Positions 1 through 11,457 of a stretch of DNA of 51,193 nucleotides are shown here, one piece after another (the stretch's first letter is position 1; every line of letters starts with the position of its first letter). The notes beneath the pieces are model-generated. The model saw only the letters and a list, made by a program, of their open reading frames with translations, ran no database searches and had not been told where the DNA came from. The translations under genes and the position numbers were made by a program. This DNA comes from Vitrella brassicaformis CCMP3155 (Eukaryota > Protista > Chromerida), in the NCBI GenBank assembly GCA_001179505.1, contig CDMY01000566.1, positions 1 to 51,193 on the forward strand, read 5' to 3'.

Positions 1-21
1 TGCCGTCTGTGTGTGTGCCAG

Positions 22-1710
22 GTCGATGCGTGACAACCCTCTGAAGCACCTGAACGAGGACGATCAGGGCGTCTTCCGCGGCGACAACTACGTGCGGATG
101 TCTGCCGACGCCCTGGGGATGGCGACGAGCGAGGCGTTTGCGTGGGAGTCGTATAAGCACGGTTCCAAGGTGCATTTCCAGGCCCAGCCCACACAGCTCG
201 AGTACATGTACAAGCAGCACCTCGACAAAAAGAAGGTACGTACGTACGTCACTCACTCACCAGAGAGAGAGAGGGGCGGTGGGGGGGAGTGGGGCGAGGG
301 GGGTTTGGGTCGTTGTGGACGTGACGCGTTTGTCGTGTGTGGTGTGCACTGCAGGCGTTGCAAGAGGAGAAGAAGCAGGAGCTGCTGGGCAAGTATGGCG
401 GCGAGGACCACCTCAACCCGCCCAAGGAGCTGCTCTTCTCACAGACAGAGGCCTACGCCGAATACGGGAGAGACGGAACGTAAGCGACCAACCCGCCCCA
501 TCCTCACACACAAGTCTCAGGTGCAATACTGTCCTGTCTGTGTGTTGTCTGTCAGTTTGTTGAAGGGTCGCGAGCGTGTGTTGGCCAAGTCCAAGTACGA
601 GGAGGACGTGCACCCCGGCAGCCACACGTCGGTGTGGGGCAGCTACTTCGACATGGAGACGCACAAGTGGGGATACTCGTGCTGCAGACAACTTTATAGA
701 CACGCCGAATGCACCGTAAGCTCACTGAACGAGAGACATCCCCACAGCCCAACATGCATCTGTCTGTCTGTCTGTCGACTTGCGTCTGTCAGGGCCCTCC
801 CCTCCCCCCTCCGTCAGCAGCGGCAAAGTCCAAGCCCACACCGGCACAGGCGGTCCAGCAGCAGGCCAACGGCCACCCCCTTCCCTCCTCCCCTCAGTCC
901 AACAATGACAACGCCCTCGCCCCTGCACCCACCCACCCACCACCGCCCCCAGCAGCAGCAGCGGCAGCGGCGGCATCAGCCGAGCAGCCCGACCACATCG
1001 CCATGCCGCCCCCGCCCCTCCCTGACTTCGTCAAACCCAAGCCGGCCCCTGCAGGCATTAAGGAGGACCATGCGATGGGCAGCAACGGGAGCAGTGGGGA
1101 CGACGAGTCGTCCTCTGACTCAGAGGAGGACAAGAGAGGGAGGCGGCCAGCCAAGCGCAGGGACAAGGCTGCCAAGGCCGGTGCTGCTGCTGGTGGTGGG
1201 CTGCTGAGCGGCGCCACGACGGACAAAAAGGAGCGGCGCCGGAAGAGAAAACAGAGGGGCGAGGGCGACGAGGGGGAGGGGCGCAAGGGCGACATGATGG
1301 CGTTGCAGAAGACCAGTTTGTACGGCCACAACCTGGGCACCGAGGGGCTGGACGAGGGGGAGGTGCAGCGTCAGATGAAGAGAATGAGACAGGAGCAACA
1401 AGACGTTGACGTCGACGAGAGGTGAGCCAGGGAGTGACCACACCCACCCGCCACACCACACATGGACATTCACGTTCCTTTCCTGGCTGTGTGCAGGCGT
1501 CGGTCGTATCACAGCATCGCCGGCACCAACGCGCTGGGCACCGTCACTGCAGAGGAGATGGAGGTCAGCGAAGGCCACACACACGTGGACTGACTGACAT
1601 CGACGCGTTGTGCCACGCCCTCGTGCGTTTGTGTCTGTTGTCCGTTCCCTCAGGCGTACAGTCGCAGCCGCGTGCACGCCGACGATCCCATGAAGGCCTT
1701 CCTCAAGTGA
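22..1710 (+). CDS. SLU7: Pre-mRNA splicing factor SLU7, 3' part (5' end lies outside the window); exons 22-235, 355-479, 556-715, 793-1421, 1497-1563, 1654-1710
   Basis: GT-AG splicing by eye gives SMRDNPL...FRGDNYVR...FAWESYKHGSKVHFQAQPTQLE...LLGKYGGEDHL...LLFSQTEAYAEYGRDG...SKYEEDVHPGSHTSVWGSYF...WGYSCCRQ...VTAEEMEAYSRSRVHADDPMKAFLK*. These are characteristic SLU7 C-terminal motifs. Confidence 0.92.
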
Positions 1711-3057
1711 TGTGTGTGTGTGTGACCACACACTCTGTCTGACAACACACGGCTGTCTGCGTGCCCGTGAATGTCGAGTGGGTGGGTCTTGTGTAACGGC
1801 GAGTGGGCGAGATTTTTCCATTCTTGGATGGCTGCGTGGATGGGCCAGTCAGCCGTGTGGAAGTGAGAGCCGGTGTGATCTGTTTGTATCGTCCATCGAG
1901 ATCGACCCTACGCTGCTCTCCCCTGTGTGTGTGGGCTGCTCGTGTTTGCCGCTGTCGCATCTGTGCCGTCGTGAATGGTGCTCGTATCGAGAGTAGATGT
2001 GGGAGCCTTTTCCGACTGCAGGGATTTGGCGACGACACACAGGCACAGGAGAGGGCAGTTAGTTGTACGACTGACACGCTCCTTGTTCCGTCGGCCCGCT
2101 CGGTGTGTGTGCGCCGGGGTGGGTATCTCTCTGTTGCTCAATGGTTGACACGTACGTGCGGACTCTCTGCTTTCAATGAGACATACGTAGGCTGCCGAGA
2201 GACAAGGGCGATACACTCACAGTGATGCGCATGGCATGGCAACACGGGCGGTCGCCAGCCACGGACGACTGACTGTCGTGTCATGAAGAATAATACTATT
2301 GCTCGGTGAGATGGGTGGTGGCTCCGTGAGCGTGTCTGTCTGTACAGGGTTTGGCGACCACGAGCCCACACGCAGGTCCGACACCCAACACGTCACGCAC
2401 ATCAGCACACGCACACACAGATAATGTGCGTCAAAGGGATGGTCGGGTTCTAAGTACCGGATGGCCTCTCACGAAAATATCTCTCGCTCCAAACAGCAGT
2501 CTTTCGCTCAAACAGCAGTCTTTCGCTGAGGCATCCCCCGTTACGTTTCGCTACTGCCGGCCTGCCTCCTCGCCCTCGACGTGCCGCTTGCGGCCTTTTC
2601 GGCATTTATGGTGGGCACACACATGAATCCGTCCATGCGCCCAGCGAGTCGACGAGAAACAGCGAGTGAGTGAAAGGCTGAAACCTCATGTCTGACCAGC
2701 CGCTCAGCAGACTGACATGACCGAAGGATCAAACGGAAAGGTTCAGACAGATATAAAATGAAGGCAGCGATGGATTGCCGTCAGGTCTCAAGCAAATGTC
2801 TCTCTCGCTCAAACACCCGTCTGTCGCTCAGGCATCCCACGCTATGGTGCCGGCCTGCCTCGCCCCCTTTACTGTCCGCGGCCTTTTTTGCGTTCCGTCC
2901 TCCTCTTGAGGTCGTAGGCGGCCTGTGGCGCCCTCACCTCCCCCAGCGCCGCGTCTGCCCGCAGCTGGGCTATCGGCAGCTGCATGTTGGGCACGCTGCG
3001 GCGAGGGAGGGCCGCCTCAAAGGCGCCACGGTTGTAGGCAGCGATGTCGAGGGGGAG

Positions 3058-3571
3058 TCAGTCCCAGCAGGCCTCCCCCAGCTCCTCCTCGACAAACGAC
3101 TCGTCCACCGAGACCAGCGGGCGGATGTGCTGCAGCAATACACACACACACACACACACGCAGACACACAGACAGTCAATACACCACACACGAGTGATGA
3201 TTGCCACTTGTGTGTGTGGTGTGTGCAGTGATCGCTCACGTGCCTCGTCATTACGGTCGGATATGTTGGCCAGCACCGGGCCGTGCATGGCGGCCAGCGT
3301 GATATCATAGATCAGCTGCGTGGCGTAGCTAGGCATGGGCTTGCCCTCGGCCAGCCGCCTGCTACTCACCACCTCAACCACCTGACAGACAAATGGAGAG
3401 ACACACAAGAGGTGGGCAAATGTCGTGTGCAGGGTGAGTGGCATGTTGTGTGAGTGATGTTCACCTCCTGTATGTTATTGTGCGTTTCGAGCAGCGTGAA
3501 GGCCTCGGGGAGACTGCTGACCACCCGCGGGAAGTGGCTGCCTCCGTTGAGTAGGAAGCCAGCCACCATCC
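3058..3571 (-). other. 3' fragment (last three exons) of the unnamed multi-exon gene family (copy 3), inverted and cut off by the gap; homology extends over 2604-3571
   Basis: Reverse complement of about 7863-8779. Encodes MVAGFLLNGGSHFPRVVSSLPEAFTLLETHNNIQE / VVEVVSSRRLAEGKPMPSYATQLIYDITLAAMHGPVLANISDRNDE / HIRPLVSVDESFVEEELGEACWD*. Confidence 0.8.
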
Positions 3572-3871
3572 NNNNNNNNNNNNNNNNNNNNNNNNNNNNN
3601 NNNNNNNNNNNNNNNNNNNNNNNNNNNNNNNNNNNNNNNNNNNNNNNNNNNNNNNNNNNNNNNNNNNNNNNNNNNNNNNNNNNNNNNNNNNNNNNNNNNN
3701 NNNNNNNNNNNNNNNNNNNNNNNNNNNNNNNNNNNNNNNNNNNNNNNNNNNNNNNNNNNNNNNNNNNNNNNNNNNNNNNNNNNNNNNNNNNNNNNNNNNN
3801 NNNNNNNNNNNNNNNNNNNNNNNNNNNNNNNNNNNNNNNNNNNNNNNNNNNNNNNNNNNNNNNNNNNNNNN
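3572..3871. other. Scaffold gap (300 N, fixed-size placeholder)
   Basis: Run of 300 N. All five gaps in the window are the same length. Confidence 1.
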
Positions 3872-4757
3872 AGTCCAAGCCCACACCGGCACAGGCGGTC
3901 CAGCAGCAGGCCAACGGCCACCCCCTTCCCTCCTCCCCTCAGTCCAACAATGACAACGCCCTCGCCCCTGCACCCACCCACCCACCACCGCCCCCAGCAG
4001 CAGCAGCGGCAGCGGCGGCATCAGCCGAGCAGCCCGACCACATCGCCATGCCGCCCCCGCCCCTCCCTGACTTCGTCAAACCCAAGCCGGCCCCTGCAGG
4101 CATTAAGGAGGACCATGCGATGGGCAGCAACGGGAGCAGTGGGGACGACGAGTCGTCCTCTGACTCAGAGGAGGACAAGAGAGGGAGGCGGCCAGCCAAG
4201 CGCAGGGACAAGGCTGCCAAGGCCGGTGCTGCTGCTGGTGGTGGGCTGCTGAGCGGCGCCACGACGGACAAAAAGGAGCGGCGCCGGAAGAGAAAACAGA
4301 GGGGCGAGGGCGACGAGGGGGAGGGGCGCAAGGGCGACATGATGGCGTTGCAGAAGACCAGTTTGTACGGCCACAACCTGGGCACCGAGGGGCTGGACGA
4401 GGGGGAGGTGCAGCGGCAGATGAAGAGAATGAGACAGGAGCAACAAGACGTTGACGTCGACGAGAGGTGAGCCAGGGAGTGACCACACACCCACCCGACA
4501 CACCACACATGGACATTCACGTTCCTTTCCTGGCCGTGTGCAGGCGTCGGTCGTATCACAGCATCGCCGGCACCAACGCGCTGGGCACCGTCACTGCAGA
4601 GGAGATGGAGGTCAGCGAAGACCACACGCATGTGGACTGCCTGACATCGACGCGTTGCGCCATGCTCCCTCTCTGTGTTTGTGTCTGTTGGTTCCCTCAG
4701 GCGTACAGTCGCAGCCGCGTGCACGCCGACGATCCCATGAAGGCCTTCCTCAAGTGA
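3872..4757 (+). CDS. SLU7: Second, partial copy of the SLU7 3' end (paralogue or uncollapsed allele), starting at the gap
   Basis: The large exon is essentially identical to the one ending at 1421 (one synonymous change seen, CGT/CGG). The last two introns and the 3' flank carry substitutions and indels. Ends ...DDPMKAFLK* at 4757. Confidence 0.8.
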
Positions 4758-5422
4758 CGTGTGTGACCACACACTCTGTCTGCCTGCCCCTTAATGTCGA
4801 GTGGGTGGGTCTTGTGTAACAACAGTGGGCGAGATTTTTCCATTCATGGGTAGAGGGGTTGGTCCGCCAGTCAGCCGTGTGGAAGTGAGAGCCGGGTGTG
4901 ACCTGTTTGTGTCGTCCATCTGTGCTGTCGTCCCCTGTGTGTGTGGGCTGCTCGTGTGTGTCGCTGCCGCATCTGTGCCGTCGTGAATGGTGCTCGTATC
5001 GATTCTAGATGCGGGAGCTTTTTTCGACGGCGTCAGTGTGGCAACGACACGCACAGGAGGGGCTCGTTGGCTTGGTATGTGGGTGGGTGGGAAGTATTCA
5101 TGGTGTTCCCGTGCGTGCACTCAGTTCCATTGCCCGCGAATGGATGTCCATGCGCCTTCCTTTCAATCCATGCTGGCTGGCTGCCGGGCAAGGGTCTGCA
5201 GCGCTGCGCAGACAGCAAAGACAGCAATTTCGACAGCACACCAAAGACGGCACCAAAGACAAAAAGCCGGGGAAATCTCGGCGAGAATCCGAGACGCGAC
5301 AGGCCGAGACTGATTTACGAATTTGTCATTTCGAAAGTTCCCGGTGGCGGGCGTTCGGCCTGTCCGCCTTTCTTCGGCCACAGATCCTCCGGTTCTTTTC
5401 CTTTTTCCCCGGTTGTTGGCCT

Positions 5423-8380
5423 ATGGAGTCTCCCTTGTCGCCCTCTACAACTCGTCCGGATATCATCCGCCAAGTCCTTGAAGTTCCTTCCTCCGCCGCG
5501 GTGCCCCGGGCAAGGCCTCGCCCGGAGGTGCCCTGCCCTCTGCTAAGCGAATGCCGACTGCCGACTGGCTTCCATCAGGTGAGCACACGTGTGTGGCCTT
5601 GAGTGTCATGTCTTCTGCCTGTGGCCGGTGATGGTGTGGGTGCAGCGATGGATGGAACGGTCCATTTCACTGCCGTGTGTGTGCTCATGTGCATCCCCTG
5701 GGTAATCCTCAGGTGCCAACGGACCGCCTCCTTTTTTTCTCTCTTCGCCGTCTCATTTTCTCGACGCATTTCTCAGAGGTTGGTGAGTGCCCTCACTACG
5801 TGGCAATGAATGTCAGTCACCGCATGCATACTCATAATGCACGGCGTATCGTTGACGGTGCATTATGGGAGTCGGTGGATTGATGAAACATACGTGCACT
5901 CACTCTTGCCATTGAGCACTTCTGTCTTTGTGTGTCTGTGTGCTTGTGACAGTTAGATATCATCAGCCGTGAGGGACGCCACGAGCTGTTGACTGTAGTG
6001 GACCTCGGCCGCCTTAGATCCACGGTTTCATTCCTGAGGGACGTCGACTTTCGTCCTTCTGCGCTGCACTCCGCCACGCCCTGGAGGCCGCGCGGCTCCC
6101 TGATGGCACTCGTTTGTCTGCCGTGGTCGCATTCGAGCCGCAGTTGGCTGCCAACTACCTGCTGCAGGTATGCTAAGGGCCAAACACATCCATCCATCCA
6201 TCCATCCATCCATTCGGTCATCCATTGCTGTGTTGGCTCATTCCTTGACGCAGGCCTTGTGGCTGGTGGACGGCCTTGTGTGGGACGAAGCGGCCGACGC
6301 ACTGCGGCTGGCCGGCCAGTGTGGATTGTGTCAGCTGCCTGTGACCGTGGGTGAGCAGGATCTGAGAAGACACCGCACCAAACAGGTATGGAAGGATCCA
6401 CAGTGCACTGCGATGCATTAATGTCGGTCACTTGCTGTCTGTCTGCGTGTGTGTGTCGTTTCAGGCGTTTCTGGCTAAGCCGCGTGTGGTGGCGCTGTGG
6501 AAGATGGTCGGGCGGCAAGTAGACTTCGGTGGCAATCTGGGTAGTTTCGAGCTGTTCACCCACAGCGATGGCAGGCTGCGGGCCATCAAGGACAGGCCAG
6601 CGTACGGTCTCGACCTGACCCCCCTCCCGCACACCCACAACCCGCCTGTCCGCTAGCGTGTCAGCGGCTACAATATGTCACAAGACAGCTGGGCGATCGC
6701 TGCACATGGTTTTGGTCACACCATGGCCGAGGATTTAAATACGACATCATAGCCAAACACCAGAAACACCTGTATAGCTGCTTCGGCGAGTACTTTGTGT
6801 CACTATTCGACACGACACTCAACAAGCCGGGCACACTCGTGGTGGGTCCCACACAGCACATTGCCACTCATGTGTGACGTCGCATGCATTCTCATATGTG
6901 TGTGTGTGTCGTGTGTGTGTGTGTGTCAATGTGTGTGTCAGGAAGTATGGGGGGACAAGACAGCAGCACCCGACAGACACAAGCTGCTCAGCGAGGGCAT
7001 CTACGAGTACATCACCAACCGCCGCCCCAACAAGTGGCGCCACCTCTGTACCGCCAAAGACGTACAACACGACACAACACAACACAACACGGCACACTGT
7101 CGACTGTCACTCACTGCTTGTTTCACTTCATGTGTCGTATCGGTGTGTGTGGTTCTTTCATTATCAATGCAGTACCTCAAGGCCACCAACAAGGACGAGA
7201 AGATGACCATCCGTTTCGCAGCGGGTGACAGCTGCCTCCAGGCGGGCTCGACGGCTCTCCTCCGCTACCAGGAGGCTGAGCCGCGAGCCGTCCGGGGCGC
7301 TGTCAAACCCATCATCATCATCGAGACCTGCGACGGATGGATGTGAGCTCAATCTTCACATGCATCAGTGCGTGTCGCCCACGTGTGCCATCACTTCTCT
7401 CTCTCTGTGTGTGTGTGTGTGTGTGTGTGCAGCATTATTACTATCATAATCATATGGTGGATAAGGTGGATCAAGAAGAGAAAATGCATAGCCTGCCCAG
7501 AACTCGACGGCATCGAAAACATACAGGTGCAAACAAAGTGGCCGACTCGCAGTCTGGTTGATCACATTGCCCACCTCTCTGTTTGTCTGGCTGTCTTTGT
7601 TGGTGCAGGTGGCGACACAGCCCGTGAGTAGCGGTAAGCGAGACATCACGGACCCCACCAAGGTACAACCATGTCCACACACAACACACACCCTCCTCCA
7701 TCACACACAACACACGTCCCTCTCCCTCTCTGTGTCTGTGTGTGACACCTTTTCTGTCAGTTGGTGAAGTTAATCCAGCAGCAGCACCCCAACCTGACTC
7801 TCCGTAAGCACGCCCGCCACGAGTCGGTGTTCGCATCTCGATGTTCTGTTGCTTTGCAGGCGGGATGGTGGCTGGCTTCCTACTCAACGGAGGCAGCCAC
7901 TTCCCGCGGGTGGTCAATAGCCTCCCCGAGGCCTTCACGCTGCTCGAAACGCACAATAACATACAGGAGGTGAACATCACTCACACAACATGCCACTCAC
8001 CCTGCACACGACATTTGTCCATCTCGTCTGTGTCTCTCCGTTTGTCTGTCAGGTGGTTGAGGTGGTGAGTAGTAAGCGGCTGGCCGAGGGCAAGCCCATG
8101 CCCACCAACGCCGCCCAGCTGATCTATGATATCACGCTGGCCGCCATCCACGGCCCGGTGCTGGCCGACATATCCGACCGTAATGACGAGGTACGTGAGC
8201 GATCACTGCACACACCACACACACAAGTGGCAATCATCACTCGTGTGTGGTGTATTGACTGTCTGTGTGTCTGCATGTGTGTGTGTGTGTGTGTGTGTAT
8301 TGCTGCAGCACATCCGCCCGCTGGTCTCGGTGGACGAGTCGTTTGTTGAGGAGGAGCTGGGGGAGGCCTGCTGGGACTGA
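5423..8380 (+). pseudogene. Unnamed multi-exon gene family, copy 1; disrupted
   Basis: Exons give MESPLSP...FHQ / VPTDRLLFFSLRRLIFSTHFSE / LDIISREGRHELLTVVDLGRLRST... / ALWLVDGLVWDEAADALRLAGQCGLC / AFLAKPRVVALWKMVGRQVDFGG... through to ...EELGEACWD*. Lesions: apparent frameshift near 6035, in-frame TAG at 6654-6656, second frameshift near 6720, and loss of the coiled-coil exon that copy 2 retains. Confidence 0.7.
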
Positions 8381-8837
8381 CTCCCCCTCGACATCGCTGC
8401 CTACAACCGTGGCGCCTTTGAGGCGGCCCTCCCTCCCCGCAGCGTGCCCAACATGCAGCTGCCGATAGCCGAGCTGCGGGCAGACGCGGCGCTGGGGGAG
8501 GTGAGGGCGCCACAGGCCGCCTACGTCTCAAGAGGAGGACGGAACGCAAAAAAGGCCGCGACAGTAAAGGGGGCGAGGAGGCAGGCGATATGTAGCACTG
8601 TGGTGGGATGCCTGAGCGAGAGACGGGTGTTTGAGCGAGAGACATTTGCTTGAGACCTGACGGCAATCCATCGCTGCCTTCATTTTATATCTGTCTGAAC
8701 CTTTCCCTTTGATCCCACGTTCAGGTTTCACTCACTTGCTGTCCATGGACAGATTCATGTGTGTTGCCCACCATAAATGAATGTACGTGTCTCTCCGTCT
8801 CATCCTGCGTCTCCCTGTATCCAAGTGGACAGGCGAG

Positions 8838-11288
8838 TCAGACATTCGTATTGAACTCAGGCCTCAGCAGGGCCCTCCAGCCCCCAGCCATGTCAACTTG
8901 ATCATCCTCGCCAAGCTGCCGCAGCACAAACACATCACGCAACGCACTCTCTCCTATCTGCAGACACACAGACACACAGCCAGATACACGAAGGGAGATA
9001 TTGATGTGCCATGTCTTTGTGCGCGTCTGGCTGCTTACAAAGTACAGCCTCGGCACAAGCACACACTCCTCCCTTGATGTGAGCCGGTCCATGGCAACGA
9101 TGTCCTTGGCCACCCCTCCGCCGTGTGAGTCTGTCTGCCTCAGTGACAGCACATCGCCGTCGAGCGGCACGCCCTCGATCCTGTCGCCGTAGAAGGCATC
9201 CCATATCTGCCGCCCTTCCACCAGCAACTCACGACCTCCCTGCATCAATGGATGCACACACACATACACCCAGGGGAGGAGACATGTTCTCTGTTTCTCT
9301 GTTTCTCTGGCCCAGGGCACTACTTGTCGATCAAACTCGGGCAACCCCTTTGTATCAGCGCTCATCAGCCTCCATTCGGGGTCCAGCACCAGCACATCGC
9401 CATCTATTTCCCCCTCTCCACCCGTCTCGTCTTCCCTCTCCGGCCCACTGCTGAAATCAATGCACGGCGCACGCCGGCCCTTCCACACCTCGGCGTCAGG
9501 GATTCGGTGCTCTGCGGGGGACGGCCCTCTGGTCCTCTGAGCCACCAAATGGCGGCGCAGTATATCTGTTCGCCTCTGATTGGACACGAACTCCTCGAAA
9601 GACATGGCTCTGGCGAAGTCGGTGGTCTGTGCTGTATGTGCCGGTGGGTCGTAGAACACCCATCTGCCCGGGTGAAGCATGGTGAGGGGGACACTTGAAA
9701 GCCGGGGCTTGTCCACGGGCTCGTAGTAGCGAGCGGTGGGCTTGCACGGCCTCACCCACTTGTCGCATGCCAGCAGCAAAGGTCGCTCATCTGCGCCACA
9801 AGGCCCAGCCGGCCGTCTCTTGGTGGCCCTCACCCAAGCAATGACACCGATTCCCCCCCTCCTCCTGATCAGCTGCTCGCATGCTGCTGACATGCATCCA
9901 CTGATGTCTCTTCGCTCCCTGTGTCTCGGCTGGCGCATGCGAATTGGGTGCTTGGGCAGCACGATGGCGCTCTTGCTGCGTGGAAGAGTCGCCGACAGTG
10001 CCCTCGTGCAGTCGATAAACCCCGGCTGGTCGATGGCTCGCCCCCTCTGTCGTGGAAAGGTACTCGACGCCCGTGCGAACGAGAACGATCGAGGCTGACT
10101 CTCGGTAGCAGTGTCATAGCTGCCTGGCCCAGGTATAAGCCTGGCCCATCTTGCGATGCCCCTCAAGACAGACACCGTGAGCGGCAGGATAACGGCTGCT
10201 CGCGCCTTTGCCGGCTTGTGTGGCTGGTAGCCGAGCGGCGAGGGGTGCGGGCATGGCGGCTTCTTGATGACGGGAGTAGAAGGGGCCGTCATGCGGGCGG
10301 CAGGGGTGTGCGGCAGCAAGGGCTGCAGGTTCTCCATCGTCATGCCGATCCCTGCACATATATGACACGTGTGAAAGCAATGCAACCCTTCAGCTGACCT
10401 TCTGTTGGGTACCTCTCCGGTCTGAACGCGCCTTCTTCTGCTGGGGCGGGGGGGCAATAACGCAACGAGGAGGGCTGCATGTAGAGCGGGCGCAGGATGC
10501 ATGTCATCAACGGACAGAGCTTCCTACGAGTGTGCTCTGACCAGTGTCTCGTGGGATCCTTTCCCAGAGAGCATATCGAGGCGGGGCTGACCGGCCCGGT
10601 GGACAATTCGCCACTCATATCGCCGCGCCGCAATGAAGGAGACGACGGTGGTCGAGTGGACGCAACCACACTTCTAAACACATGAAGACAGACACATAGA
10701 CACATACACAGACAGACAGACAGGAGATCAACGCAGAGACAGACGTACCTTCATCCGCATACACGTACACGGGCACAAAGGTACGCAATGTGCTGTCGTG
10801 TGAGAGCACTCATCAAGCAGATGCGCCTTTCCTGACCCAATCGACGTGGCAGGCACTGCGGGATGCTCCCGACGTGCTCGAGACACGGCTAACGAAGGCC
10901 CCGCTGCAGACTGATCCTTTTCTCCCGCCTCGTATGCCCTCAATCGGTTGAATGCCCACCGCAAGCCACTTCTTCTTCCCCATAATGAGCTCCTCCTTCT
11001 CGAGGCATCCCGCGAATCGGATTTTGCGCCTGTCTCACCGAAAACCGACGTGCCATCTTTTTCGTACAGTCTGCACGGTCTCAGCTCGCTGCCGAATGTG
11101 AATCTCGGTCCTCTGCGCTTGGTCGACTCGACACACATGTCGACGACATCGGATTCACTGCCCGGCCTGCAGAGAGAGACGGAGGGACCGTGACGCTCAG
11201 CGGTGGGGGAAGATGGAGATGGCGGGCGCGTGCCGGATGAGAGGCCGGGCACTGGACATTGGGATCTCAACAGGCTGCGGAGACCCAT
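8838..11288 (-). CDS. Multi-exon hypothetical protein with an STPG/SHIPPO-like 'PGPGSY' repeat (possible flagellar/axonemal protein); start codon uncertain
   Basis: A 554-aa ORF (8838-10502) reads through in-frame introns and contains IPGPGSYDTATESQPRSFSFARA. An upstream coding exon reads ...STKRRGPRFTFGSELRP. GT-AG boundaries are present. Confidence 0.6.
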
Positions 11289-11457
11289 ACTGAGCTAGAT
11301 TAGCTAGATTCCGGGAACATGCAGGAGCCGAGAAGTCTCGACTTTGGCGCGCCCAAGGTGCAAAACGATCTGCAAAACATCGTGCGGGATTCCGCGGTCC
11401 TTCGGCCGAAATCCTTCGGTGTGTTTTGGGTGGTGGGCCGGCCTTTTTCGAGACTCG

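Noticed and set aside
894-1821. Antisense and alternative-frame ORFs over SLU7, MYG1, the ankyrin gene and other CDSs
   Set aside because: Shadow ORFs expected in GC-rich coding DNA, with no independent motifs.
3366-4470. Long ORFs spanning N gaps (also at 20888-22673, 31081-31578, 38197-39042)
   Set aside because: Artefacts of translating N runs as X.
5402-8779. The repeated multi-exon family as a transposon
   Set aside because: No terminal inverted repeats, LTRs, target-site duplications, or transposase/RT/recombinase motifs could be identified. Treated as a duplicated gene family.
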